From positions 690,001 through 722,000 of the forward strand of contig OY782392.1 in NCBI GenBank assembly GCA_963677765.1: a stretch of DNA of 32,000 bases. The letters run 5' to 3'. The notes beneath the pieces are model-generated. The model was not told where the DNA came from and made no database searches. It was given only the letters and a program-made list of their open reading frames with translations. This document shows, piece after piece, positions 16,024 through 26,593 of the stretch. The translations under genes and the position numbers were made by a program. This DNA is from Candidatus Saccharimonadota bacterium. Its GTDB lineage: Bacteria > Patescibacteriota > Gracilibacteria > BD1-5 > UBA6164. How positions within the stretch are numbered: position 1 is the first letter of the stretch; the number at the start of each line of letters is the position of its first letter.

Positions 16024-18451
16024 ATTTTGTACCTACTCTATATTCAATTTCTTTACTAACAAAATCTTTATCACGTCAGTATTTCAATCTAGATAATTCA
16101 GTAAATGCTTTTGCTAATTTATCATCTCATGTTTCAAGATAAGGATTAACAGGTATTATTGAAAAGGGAGTAGTAGGTTGATTATCTACTGCTAGTTTCA
16201 TAGTAGCCTTAAATTTATCCATATTAACTAAATCTTGATCTGAAAATGTAGGAGCATAATATTTTGCCATAAACTCTCAATCCTCAGGACCTATTTTATA
16301 ACTCATAACAGATCATACATTACCAAAAATAGCATTTTTAAGATTTAGACTTGATTTTGTTAAAGCATCACTTTGTTCTAGTTGTCATAAATATTGGTGA
16401 GCTATATTTAAACTAAGTCTATATTTTCTCGCTTCTGATAATATAGATTCTATACTATCTGTAACATAGTTTTGAAACTCATCTATATATAAGTAAAAAT
16501 CAGATCTTTCTTCTTTTGGTATTTTATCTCTTCTCATGGCTGCCATTTGTATTTTTGATACAAGAATCATACCTAGTAGTTTTGAGTTTAAATCACCAAG
16601 TCTTCATTTTGATAGGTTTACTACCAATATTTTTTTACTTTGCATTATATCAAGTATATCAAAACTAGATTTTACTTGTCATATAATGTTTCTCATCATT
16701 TTATTTGTAGTAAATTGACCAAATTTTGCTGCAAAATATGGAATGATTTCAGCTTTTTCTCTATCTCACATAGAAGCATAAGTTTTTTCCCACCAAGCTT
16801 TTACTATAGGGTTTTTTACATGTCTTATTCTATCTTTTTGAAAATCCATATCTGTAAACAATCTAACTACATCAGTTATTGCTCATCATCCTGGATAATC
16901 CATAAGAGTTAGTACCGCATTTCTAAAATAGTCTTGTAATCTTGGACCAAATATTTCGTTACCAAATAGCTTTATCATTATATTTAGTGCATCCATTGCT
17001 ACTAACTCTTTTTCATCATCATTATGTGCTTCAAGTAGATTTAATCATAAAGGTCTATCTGTATCACTAGGGTCAAAAACTATAACATCATCAGCTCTTT
17101 CTCTAGGTATAAATGGAAGTAGGTCTCTAGCTAAATCTCCATGAGGATCTATTATACAAACTCATTCTCAATTTAGGAAATCTTGTCTAGCCATAACTTG
17201 CATTATACTAGATTTACCTGTACCTGTTTGTCATATAACATAAAAATGTCTAAATCTATCTTCTTTTTTAATTCTAATATCTTTTTTTACTCATCTGTAA
17301 ATATTATGTCATAATAGTAATCATTCTTTTGGTATATTACTAGGAGCTTTTACTATTTTAAAATTTTGCCATTTTATTTCAGGAGTAGTGTTATATCTAG
17401 CATGAGGGAAGTGGAATATCGAAGCAATCTCCTCAGTATTTAAAATCATTTGTTTTAGATAAAAAGGTTTTTTAAAGTATCTAAAAATATAATTTTTTAT
17501 TAAAGAGTTTTTATTGAAATATTTTGTTGTTCTAAATTTATTAAAATCTGGGTAACTAAATTGAGTAAAACTTGAAACTATATTTTTTAATTCTGATTCA
17601 ACCATGGCTTGATTGTTTCATGTTGCTATAACTCTGATTATAGTTTCAAATCATGTTTTATCTCATTTTTCATCTACAGTTTTAGCTCTTTCTTGAGTAA
17701 GTGCTGAACTAGAGTTTTCTTCTTTTTGATTTTCTTCTCAACTAGAAGTAAGTCATTCAATTATACTTATTATAATTTTTATTGGATTTAATGTAAAAAA
17801 GCTTTTTTTACCATTAATTATTTGTGTACTTGCTTTTGAACATTTGCTTTGCCATCAATCATTTATGGGTTTCAATAATACTTGTATAACAGCTGACTCA
17901 TCTTCTTCTAATTTTGAGAAAGCTCCCAATAAGTTATTAACTGGATCTGATTCTAATTTTTGATAAGTTTTTATAGGGAAGAAAAACTCCTTTGAAGTAT
18001 TTATATATGTTGCTTCAATAAATTTTCTTTTTTTAAAAATATTTATTTCTCTAGTTTCTTCTAGTATTGCATCAGTATAAAATCAATTTACTTGTTTTTC
18101 TATTAAAAACTTATATTTTTTAGGTACTACTATATAAAAATATATTTCATTTTCATGAGCAATATATTCAAAACTTATTAAGTCTTCTCATAGTATTTTT
18201 GTTTTTATTGTATTTGAACTAAGTGATTTTAGAGAAGAAAAAAGTTGTTCCATAAGACTTATTGCTTCTTTGAAATCTTTTACAGTTTCTTTTTTCTCAT
18301 CTAAATCACTATTTTTTCTAGGTAAAGTTACTTTCAAAAATGTTAATTCCAGAGTCCTTTTATAATCATACTTTCTTTTTATAATTTTTATTATAATTTT
18401 GTATATAACGAAAACTATAAAAGAAATAGCTAAAATAAACAATAATTCCAT
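16022..18451 (-). CDS. membrane-anchored P-loop ATPase of the TraD/TraG/VirD4 (type IV coupling protein, TrwB-like DNA-binding domain) type
   Basis: 809-aa ORF checked for stops. It has an N-terminal TM segment (MELLFILAISFIVFVIYKIII), Walker A VIGQTGTGKSS, then CIIDPHGDL and VFDPSD..RPLGLNLL, Walker B FYLYIDEFQNY, and SEARKYRLSLNIAHQYL. An alternative upstream ATG at 18499 would add 16 Lys-rich residues. Confidence 0.8.
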
Positions 18452-18579
18452 TTTTTGTTTTTTAATTTTAATCTTTTTTTTATTATAACATAATTTCATC
18501 TAAAATAAAAGAAAAACAATTGATAAATTGCAAAAAAAATGTATAAAATATAATAAAATATTTTTTAAAAATTATATTA

Positions 18580-19029
18580 ATGTCAAAAATAATTTTACTT
18601 GATTCTATTCGTAGTATGCAAAATGTATGAGCAATACTTAGAAATTGTGATTGAGCTTGATTTGAAAAAATGATAATGACTTGAACTACTCCGACTCCAC
18701 CGAGAAATGATATTAGTAAAACTGCTCTTTGAGCCGAAAATGTTATTGATTGGGAGTTTTATACTAATGCAATGGATGCTTTGAAGTTATTAAAAGATAA
18801 TTGATACAAAATTTGGAGTGTTGAATTAGATGAAAAAGCAGTTGATTATAGGGAATTACATTCTATAAAAGAAGATAAAGTTGTTCTTGTGATGTGAAAT
18901 GAAGTTTCTGGAGTAAGTAAGGAAATTTTGCAAATTTCTGATAAGATTGTTATAATTCCTATGAGATGAATTAAAGAATCATTAAATGTTTCAGTTGCTG
19001 CATGAATAGTTATGTATGCTGTTAATTAA
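18580..19029 (+). CDS. SpoU/TrmH-family RNA 2'-O-methyltransferase
   Basis: 149 aa. Motifs: NVGAILRNCDGAG, VLVMGNEVSGVS and IPMRGIKESLNVSVAAGIVMY (SPOUT knot motifs). Confidence 0.85.
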
Positions 19030-19051
19030 TTTACATACAAATAAAAAAACA

Positions 19052-20974
19052 ATGAAGAAATATATATTAAAATTTTTTGTTTTCAGCTTTTTATCAATAA
19101 TTTTTCAATTTTGATTTTTAAATGTAAATGCTGCTTCAATACCAATAGAGGAGGTTTTTTCTGATATTGATACTGATTATCAATACTATAATCAATTACA
19201 ATATATGTTTGATAATTGAGTTATTAGTCCTGATAAAGATTGAAAATTTAATCCTAAACAATTGCTTAATCGTGATGAATTTGTTTGAATTGTGATGAAG
19301 GTTAGTTGTGAAGAATGTATATCTCCAGAAGTTAGCTTTGATTTGATACAAAAATATTGAGAGCAAGATGAATTATTTTACGATGTAAATAAAAATAATA
19401 AATATTTTTATTGTATAGCTTCTGCTAAAGATTCATGATATGTTAAATGATATGATGTTTGAACAGCTTGTGAAAATTGAGATGTATTAAATTGAGAAGC
19501 TCCTTTTTGTCCAGAAAATACTATTATTTTAGAAGAAGCTTTAGCTGTAGTTATGAGAGCTTCTTGAATTCTTAGTAATTATGAAGCAGAATTAATTAGA
19601 TGAAAAATATATTCATGAGAAATAACTCAAAATTTATCTAGTGATGTTTTCCCAAAAAATTCTGATGGAAGTGTTTATTCTTTTTATCCAGATTTCCAAA
19701 AAGCATTAACATATGAAGTTGTTGATTATGACTTATATGGTAATATGCAGAGTTCAAAACTTATAAATCCTTCTGAATATTTGAGACCTAAACAAGCAAT
19801 TACCAAAGAAAAATTTTTGCAAATTGCTTATGTTGCTTTGAAGGGTAACTCTTGTATAGATAGAGTAGATTCTAATTTATGATTACAAATGAATATATAT
19901 GATATGCAATGTAATCCTAATTCTACTAATTGTGATTTATCAGATTTAAACTGAGAAGATAATGTTTATGATTTTGATGCTGATGTAGCGATAACTTGAA
20001 ACGATAGTATTTCAACTGATGAACAATATATATGGAGGTTTTATAATTATAGTACATGAGAAGAAATAAAAAGATATTGAAAATATATTGATAATTATGA
20101 TTTTTTAAATGATTGAAAATATAGAGTTTACTTGAGAGTAATAAGTGATAACTGAAATACTTGAGAAGTTTATAATGATATAAATATTTGAGATTGAGAT
20201 AATTTTATTGATACACAGGTTTCAATACATGCAGATCCAATTTATTGAGTAGATACATTATTGGTTAACTTTGAAGCTATAGCAACTAATGATAATATAG
20301 TTTCTTATACATGGGACTTTTGAGATTGACAATCATGATTTTGAAAAAATCCTAGCAATGTTTATACATCACCATGAGTATATGAAGTATTATTAACAAC
20401 TGTAGATAATTGATGAAATATTAATACAGCAACTGTTCTGATATATGTATGAACTGAGAATGATCAACAATATAATTGTAGTTTACAAGATATAAATCAA
20501 TGATTATATTGATGTGAGGAAGGTGATTTAGGAGTTTATAGTATAGATAAAGAGAATGAACTTTCTGATAATGATAATGAAAACAACTGAACTGATGATG
20601 TTACAGATACCCCATTAGTTGATAGCGATTGAGATTGAATTTATGATAGAGATGATTTATGTCCTCTTATATCATGAGTAAATGTAAATGATGGTTGTCC
20701 TATATTTGATCAAGTTTGTAATATAAATTCTGATTGTTGAGATTGATATGCTTGTAATTCATGATATTGTAAGCCAATTGAATATGCAGTTACTTGTGAA
20801 TATTCTGGTTGAGATTTAATATATTGAAATGTTTCTTGTAATAGTTGTCCTTGTAATAACTTGATAGATTTTAATACAGTTATAAGAGAATGTGATATTA
20901 TTTTTCCAGCTATTACATCTCCAGATCAAAGAACTATTTATTCAAAATGAAATAATTATGAAATAAAAAAATAA
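19052..20974 (+). CDS. secreted multidomain surface protein (SLH-like N-terminal repeat, PKD domain, thrombospondin-type Ca-binding repeat, Cys-rich tail)
   Basis: 640-aa ORF verified free of TAA/TAG.
- Signal peptide: MKKYILKFFVFSFLSIIFQFGFLNVNA.
- SLH-like: FSDIDTDYQYYNQLQYMFDNGVISPDKDGKFNPKQLLNRDEF.
- PKD-like: LLVNFEAIATNDNIVSYTWDFGDGQSG...YTSPGVYEVLLTTVDNGGN.
- Ca-binding repeat: DSDGDGIYDRDDLCP.
- C-terminal Cys-rich module. Confidence 0.8.
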
Positions 20975-20998
20975 AAAAAGAGCTTAAGCTCTTTTTTT
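20974..20998. terminator. bidirectional hairpin terminator between convergent genes
   Basis: aaaaaagagctt/aagctctttttt is a palindrome flanked by A and T runs. Confidence 0.7.
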
Positions 20999-21728
20999 AT
21001 TTTCTAAAACTTTCAAGTATTTCATGTGCTATATCTTTTCATCATAATCAAAATGCTAATCATCATGCTATGGCAAGCATTGAAACAAATCATATTAATA
21101 TAGTATTAGTTATTTCTGTTGCTATTCATATTTTTGATAAAACAACCATTAGTGTAAAAAATAATATAATTATTTTTGCTCAACTAGCTATTATTTTTGC
21201 TGTTTTTTGTTTTGTTAGATCAAGTGCATGAAAGACTACTCCATATACAAAATTTGCAAATCTAACTCAGAAAAATCATATTATTATAGCTATAAATAGA
21301 CTAGGTAAGTAAGCTATTAATTCTCATAAAAAATTTTCAACTTCTTTTATTCAAATAAAAACTATAGCTAATCTAAAAAATACTAAAAATATATAATATG
21401 AAAATGCCTTTGCTGTAATTTTATCTATTTTTATTTTATCAGATATTTTTTTTGTTTTTTGTTTTGTATTATCTTCTTTTGTATTTGTTTCCTGAGTTAC
21501 ATTACTACTTAAACTTGTAAAAAACTTATCTATTAGGTTTATTATCTTGAATTTCTCAAAAATATAAATAACTATTTTATATATAATAAATGAAACTAAT
21601 ATTCATAGTCATAATATTATTAAAGCTCATATGAATTTTGGAAGATATATTTCTAATCAACTTATTATTTGTTGATATACTCACTCCATAACTCTATTTT
21701 TTATTTCCTCGAAGCTAGATTCAAACAT
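20997..21728 (-). CDS. membrane protein with conserved TM-helix repeats (MscS-N-terminal-like)
   Basis: 243 aa. Repeated units have the form ..IIGALIILGLGILVSFII.. and ..LPSLFIAIIIGFFGVRFANFV.., ending AIAGGLAFGLGGKDIA, as in the 'conserved TM helix' family. Confidence 0.65.
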
Positions 21729-21819
21729 ATATTTAATTGTTATGATTTATTATTGTTATTATGTATTTATTTTAACATAAAAACTAAAAAAATGAAATAA
21801 AAATATTTTAAAAAAAGTT

Positions 21820-21847
21820 TTGACATATTTTCTAAAATTTATAAAAT
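21820..21847 (+). promoter_or_regulatory. sigma70-like promoter (TTGACA-N16-TAAAAT) for tRNA-Gly(UCA)
   Basis: A perfect -35 TTGACA is at 21820..21825 and the -10 TAAAAT is at 21842..21847. The tRNA 5' end is at 21876. Confidence 0.55.
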
Positions 21848-21875
21848 GCTTCGTGCATTAGCAATAATGATAACT

Positions 21876-21954
21876 GCGGGGGTAACATAAAAGAGTGAGT
21901 GTACTAAGGCTTCAACCCTTGGGTGTGCGAGTTCAAACCTCGTCCCCCGCTCCA
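21876..21954 (+). tRNA. tRNA-Gly (anticodon UCA), the UGA-decoding tRNA of genetic code 25; CCA encoded
   Basis: Acceptor GCGGGGG/CCCCCGC with G1-C72, C2-G71 and G3-C70, plus discriminator U as in the tRNA-Gly(UCC) at 13979..14055. Anticodon stem TAAGG/CCTTG with loop CT-TCA-AC. T arm GCGAG-TTCAAAC-CTCGT. The D arm is atypical (ACAT-AAAAGAGTGA-GTGT, with no GG). 79 nt. Confidence 0.85.
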
Positions 21955-21969
21955 TTTTAAAAAAACTAA

Positions 21970-22030
21970 AGTAGAAAGTAAAAAGTAGAAAGTATATATA
22001 TGTTTTTTACTTTGTATTTTCTACTTTTTT
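21970..22030 (+). terminator. long imperfect hairpin plus T-run after tRNA-Gly(UCA)
   Basis: agtagaaagtaaaaagta (21970..21987) pairs with tactttgtattttctact (22008..22025) at 16 of 18 positions, followed by tttttt. The left arm contains the direct repeat agtagaaagta twice. Confidence 0.5.
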
Positions 22031-22069
22031 GATTATAATACACTTAATTTAATAAATTAATATTTAGTT

Positions 22070-22402
22070 ATGGCAAATAGTCACGGACTTACTTCGAGAA
22101 TAGTAAAAAAACAAGCAGCTGCAAGAAAACTAGCAAAAAACAAGAAAAAATCTGCTCAAGTATATATTTGAAATGAAAATCCTCAAGTAAGAAAAAATAT
22201 GTCTTACAAAGCAAGAAAACAATATTTTGAAAATAAGCAAAATTTTCCTAAGAAAAAACTTAAAACAAAAAATATTGAATCATTAATTGAACAATGAATT
22301 ATTGATGAAAGAGGATTTTTCATAAAAGGTAAAAAGAAAAACTTTATAACAAAAACTATGGTTGATCAAAAAGGTTTGGATTTTTATGGTATGCCTAGAT
22401 AA
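22070..22402 (+). CDS. small highly basic hypothetical protein
   Basis: 110 aa, Lys/Arg-rich (MANSHGLTSRIVKKQAAARKLAKNKKKSAQ...). Two in-frame TGA codons. No family recognised. Confidence 0.55.
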
Positions 22403-22405
22403 TAG

Positions 22406-22428
22406 CTCGTGATTTTCACGGGTTTTTT
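22406..22428 (+). terminator. rho-independent terminator
   Basis: ctcgtga-ttt-tcacggg followed by tttttt. Confidence 0.7.
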
Positions 22429-22452
22429 GTTTTATAAAAATAACTTAATAAT

Positions 22453-23172
22453 ATGCAAAGATTTTATTTTGAAGCTTTAGAGTCTAGTGATGATAGTGTA
22501 ACTATTAAAAATCCTGATTTACTAAATCAGTTAATAAAGGTACTAAGAGTTAGAACATGAGATGAAATTATATTTTTTAATTGAGTTGATGATATAGATT
22601 ATATTTATAAAATTATCTCAATTGATAAAAGAGAATTATATCTTGAGAAACAATGATATTTAGAAAATAATTCAGAAATTGATTTTGATATAAATATAAT
22701 AAATTCTATTCCTAATAAGTTGGAAAAGATTGAACTTATATTACAAAAATGAGTTGAGGTAGGAGTTAGTAATTTTTTATTTTTCAGAAGTAATAGAAGT
22801 CAAAAATTGCTTTTATCTCCAAATAAAATTGATAGATTAAATAGAATTATTATTGAGGCAGTAGAACAATCTTGAAGGTCTAGAATTCCAGAATTTACTA
22901 TAGTAGATGACTTAGATGTATGAGCTTTTTCTTGAGCTAATAATATCATTTTTCATACTCAAAATTCTGAGTCTATTAGCTTGAAGGATTTAGATTTAAA
23001 TAAATCCCAAGATATAAATATTTTTGTTTGACCAGAGTGATGATTTGATCAAGAAGAAATAGATATATTTACTTCATATTGATTTAAAAAAGTTTATTTA
23101 TGAAATAGGATACTAAGAACAGAAACTACTTGATTTTCTTCAGCTTTTTATATTATACAAAATTCATTATAA
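22453..23172 (+). CDS. rsmE: 16S rRNA (uracil1498-N3)-methyltransferase
   Basis: 239 aa. Starts MQRFYFE, then LRVRTGDEI, KLEKIELILQKGVEVGV, RIIIEAVEQSGRSRIP, VGPEGGFDQEE and LGNRILRTETT. Confidence 0.9.
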
Positions 23173-23175
23173 AAT

Positions 23176-23433
23176 ATGTATTATACTTATATATTGAAAT
23201 GCTCTGATGATAGTTTTTATACTTGAATTACTACCGATATAGATAGGAGGTTAAATGAACATAATTGAACAGTGCTTTGATGAGCAAAATATACAAGAAA
23301 TAGAAGACCAGTAGAGCTTGTTTATTTTGAAAAGTTTGAAAATAGAAGTCTTGCTACTAAAAGAGAAATAGAAATAAAAAAGATGACTAAAAAAAATAAA
23401 ATAATTTTAATAAATAATTTAAAAGATGACTAA
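23176..23433 (+). CDS. GIY-YIG domain protein (YhbQ/UPF0213-like)
   Basis: 85 aa: [30 protein letters not shown]...GAKYTRNRRPVELVYFEKFENRSLATKREIEIKK. Confidence 0.8.
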
Positions 23434-24016
23434 AGTAATAGGTGTTGACATGGATGAAGTTTTAGCAGAATTGGTTGATTATGCTTTGGAACATCATGAT
23501 TATAAAATTTCATGAAAAATTATAAAAAGAGAAGATATTATTGATTACTATATTCATAAATTAGTTGATTATGATTTAAGTTTAGAACAAGCCTTAGATT
23601 GGTTTAGAGATGCATTGTTTTCAGATAATGATAATTTGTCTATGAAACCTGTTTTATGAGCTATAGATAAAATAAAAGAGCATATTGATTTGTGATATAG
23701 TTTTAAAATTGTAACTGCTAGAAATTGAGATTTATTTTGAGATTATACAAGAAAATGGATAAATAAACATTATCCTAATATATTTGAAGAAATAATTTTT
23801 GCTAATCATTTTTCTAAGGAAGAAAAAACTAAATCACAAATTTGTATAGAAAATAATATAGAGCATATGGTAGAGGATAATATTGATTATGCTTTAGATT
23901 TAGCTAATAATTGAATAAAAACTTTTTTGATAGAAAAACCATGGAATTCTTCTAGAGAAGAAGTTCATCCTAATATGATTAGAGTAAAATCATGGGATGA
24001 AATATATTTTAACTAA
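23426..24016 (+). CDS. HAD-family 5'(3')-deoxyribonucleotidase-like protein (NT5C family)
   Basis: 196 aa. DxD motif IGVDMDEVLA, then KIVTARN and VEDN...A...GI..FL...PWN. The start codon overlaps the previous gene (ATGACTAA). Confidence 0.75.
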
Positions 24017-24021
24017 AAAAT

Positions 24022-24528
24022 ATGGACTTAAAAAAATATGTAAATTCTTATAAAGATTTTCCAAAGAAATGAATTGATTTCAAAGATATATCTCCAATTT
24101 TATCAAATAATGATGCTTTAAATTTTGTTATTAATAGTTTTGAAATTATGTCATGAAATCCAACAAAAATAGTTTGATTGGATGCTAGAGGTTTTATATT
24201 TTGAAGTTTATTGGCAAATAAAATGTGATTACCATTTATTATGGTAAGAAAAAAATGAAAATTACCTTGAGATTGTGAAAGTATATCTTATGATTTGGAA
24301 TATTGAACTAATGAATTTGAAATACAAAAAGATTCAATAAAAAAAGGTGATAGAGTAGTTATAGTTGATGATTTACTCGCTACTTGATGATCAGTAATGG
24401 CTTCAATTGAATTAATTGAAAGATTATGATGAGAAGTTTCTCATATTAATACTGTTATAGAATTAGAATCTCTTGATGCTAGAAGTATGCTTTCTGACTA
24501 TAAAGTTAACTCATTATTAAAATATTAA
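24022..24528 (+). CDS. apt: adenine phosphoribosyltransferase
   Basis: 168 aa. Motifs: FPKKGIDFKDISPIL, IVGLDARGFIFG, VRKKGKLPG, LEYGTNEFEIQKD and the PRPP loop VVIVDDLLATGGS. Confidence 0.95.
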
Positions 24529-24545
24529 TTATATTATTTACAAAT

Positions 24546-24590
24546 AAAAAAAAACTTATAAGATTTATATTATTATCTTATAAGTTTTTT
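24546..24590 (+). terminator. rho-independent (bidirectional-type) terminator
   Basis: A-run, then cttataagat ... atcttataag, then T-run. Confidence 0.7.
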
Positions 24591-24591
24591 T

Positions 24592-25269
24592 ATGCAAGAA
24601 CTATATAATAAAATAAAAAATTATTCTTTAGAAGATGTTTTAAAAATAGAAGAAACTGATAGGCAGTTTATAGCTTTAAAAGAATTATCATATTCAATTA
24701 ATAATATAGATTTGTATTTATTCTTAATTATTTCAAATTCTATTATATGTTATCAATTATCTGGTAAATGAGAAGATTATTGGGAAGAGTTTTCTCATTA
24801 TTTTTCAAAAAAAGAAATAAGTTTTAATAGCTTAATTGATGAATTAGCTAATTTTATTAGTAATTCAAAGAATAATAAAAGATTTGTTGATACTAAAATA
24901 AAAAGAATAAATAAATTAAAAGATTTTTGTCTTGATTTTGAATGAAAGTCAAAATTTTATTATGAAAATATGACTTTATTAAGAGATGACTTGTCAAAAA
25001 TAATGAATCAAAAAAAAGATGCAAAAACAATTACTTTTTCAGTAAAAATGTTTTGATATTGAGCTAGAAATATTTTTCCTTTTGTAAGTTATCCAAGTGA
25101 AATATCTATACCTATCGATTCTAGATTGATAAACCTATTTGAAAAATATAAGTGAGACTATTCTGATATAAATCTTTTTTATAAAGACTTATCTGAGAAA
25201 ATATGAGTTCCTTTATTGCATTTCGATGCTCTTGTTTGGGTTAATTATGACAAATTAATTAATGACTAA
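24592..25269 (+). CDS. AGOG-type (archaeal-like) 8-oxoguanine N-glycosylase/DNA lyase
   Basis: 225 aa. The pattern ISNSIICYQLSGKGEDYW..F, NNKRF...KIKRI, KDAKTITFSVKMFGYGAR and IPIDSRL ... HFDALVW matches my recollection of the AGOG family (HhH-GPD superfamily). Confidence 0.65.
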
Positions 25270-25274
25270 ATTAT

Positions 25275-26528
25275 ATGAAATCTAAATTATTAAAAATAAT
25301 ATATTATTTTTACAAAATACTAGCTAAGTTATATATTAAAAAACATAAGCCTTTTGTGATTTGAATAACTTGAAGTGTATGAAAAACATGATGTAGAACA
25401 ATTGTTTATAATGTATTAAAAAATTATCTAAAAGACAAAGTTATTTATAGTTCTCCAAAAAATTATAACAGTGAACTATGATTAGTTTTTTCGATATTTA
25501 ATCTAGAAAATTATTCTCCTTGAGTTTTATCTTTGATAAAAATATATTTTAAATTTTTATTAGAGTTATTTATCTGAAAAAAGAAATATGATGTTATAGT
25601 TTTAGAGTATTGAATTGATCATCCAGGAGATATGGATTTTTTACTTAGTATAGTTAAACCAGATTTTAGTATATTTACAAAAATGGACTATATACACGTA
25701 GAAAATTTTGATTCTATAGAAGATATTTTAGAAGAAAAGATGAAACTTATACATGAAACAAAAGATTATTCATTTATAAATTATTCTGATGAATATCAAA
25801 AAGATTATTCATCAAACATTTTTGTGGATTATTCTTATTATAATAAAGATTTAAATTATAGCTTTGAGTATAAAAAATCTAATAATAAAATATATTCATT
25901 TATAACTATATGAACTAAAACAGTTCAGACTAATTTGCTTGGTTCAGAAAATTTTGTTTATTTGTTGTTGGCTTTAGATTTATTAAAAAAATGATTTTTG
26001 CTTGATTATGAAGATAATGATTATATATCTTTTGATATACAAAAATGAAGATTTGATATTTATGAATGAATTAATGAATCAACAATAGTTGATTCTTCTT
26101 ATAATGCATGACCACAAAGTGTATTAAAAATGATTGATAATACATTAGATATAAAGAAAAATCTTTTTCAAGACTATAAGGTTTTATTTGTTTTGTGAGA
26201 TATGAGGGAGCTTTGAGTTAATTCAGCATCTCAACATAAAAAAATATTTCAATATGCTAATAAGTTTGGAGAAATAGTTAGTGTATGAAAAGAAACAAAA
26301 GAGTATTTTTGAGAACATTTATGAAATTTTAAGTATTCAATTGAAGCAGGAGAGTTTTTAAAAAAATATATCGAATTAAAAAATGATAAATTTATTATTT
26401 TATTTAAATGAAGTCAAAATACTATTTTTCTAGAAGAATCAATAAAAGTTCTATTAAAAAATCCTTTAGATAGAAATAATTTGGTTAGGCAAGATCCATT
26501 TTGGATTGAAAAAAAGAAAAACTATTAG
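25275..26528 (+). CDS. murF: UDP-N-acetylmuramoyl-tripeptide--D-alanyl-D-alanine ligase
   Basis: 417 aa. P-loop VIGITGSVGKTG, then LEYGIDHPGDM, DSSYNAGP, LGDMRELG and FKGSQN. Confidence 0.9.
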
Positions 26529-26541
26529 TTTTTCTTTTTTA
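26511..26541 (+). terminator. rho-independent terminator overlapping the murF stop
   Basis: agaaaaact-att-agtttttct followed by tttttt. Confidence 0.65.
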
Positions 26542-26593
26542 TTTTATAAAAAATTAAATATATTAAATATATTAATTTAATTAATTAAATTTT

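Noticed and set aside
16536-16912. Track ORFs 16536..16718 (+) and 16640..16912 (+)
   Set aside because: Both lie antisense within the 809-aa coupling-ATPase gene, which has Walker A and B motifs in the opposite frame. They are shadow ORFs typical of AT-rich DNA.
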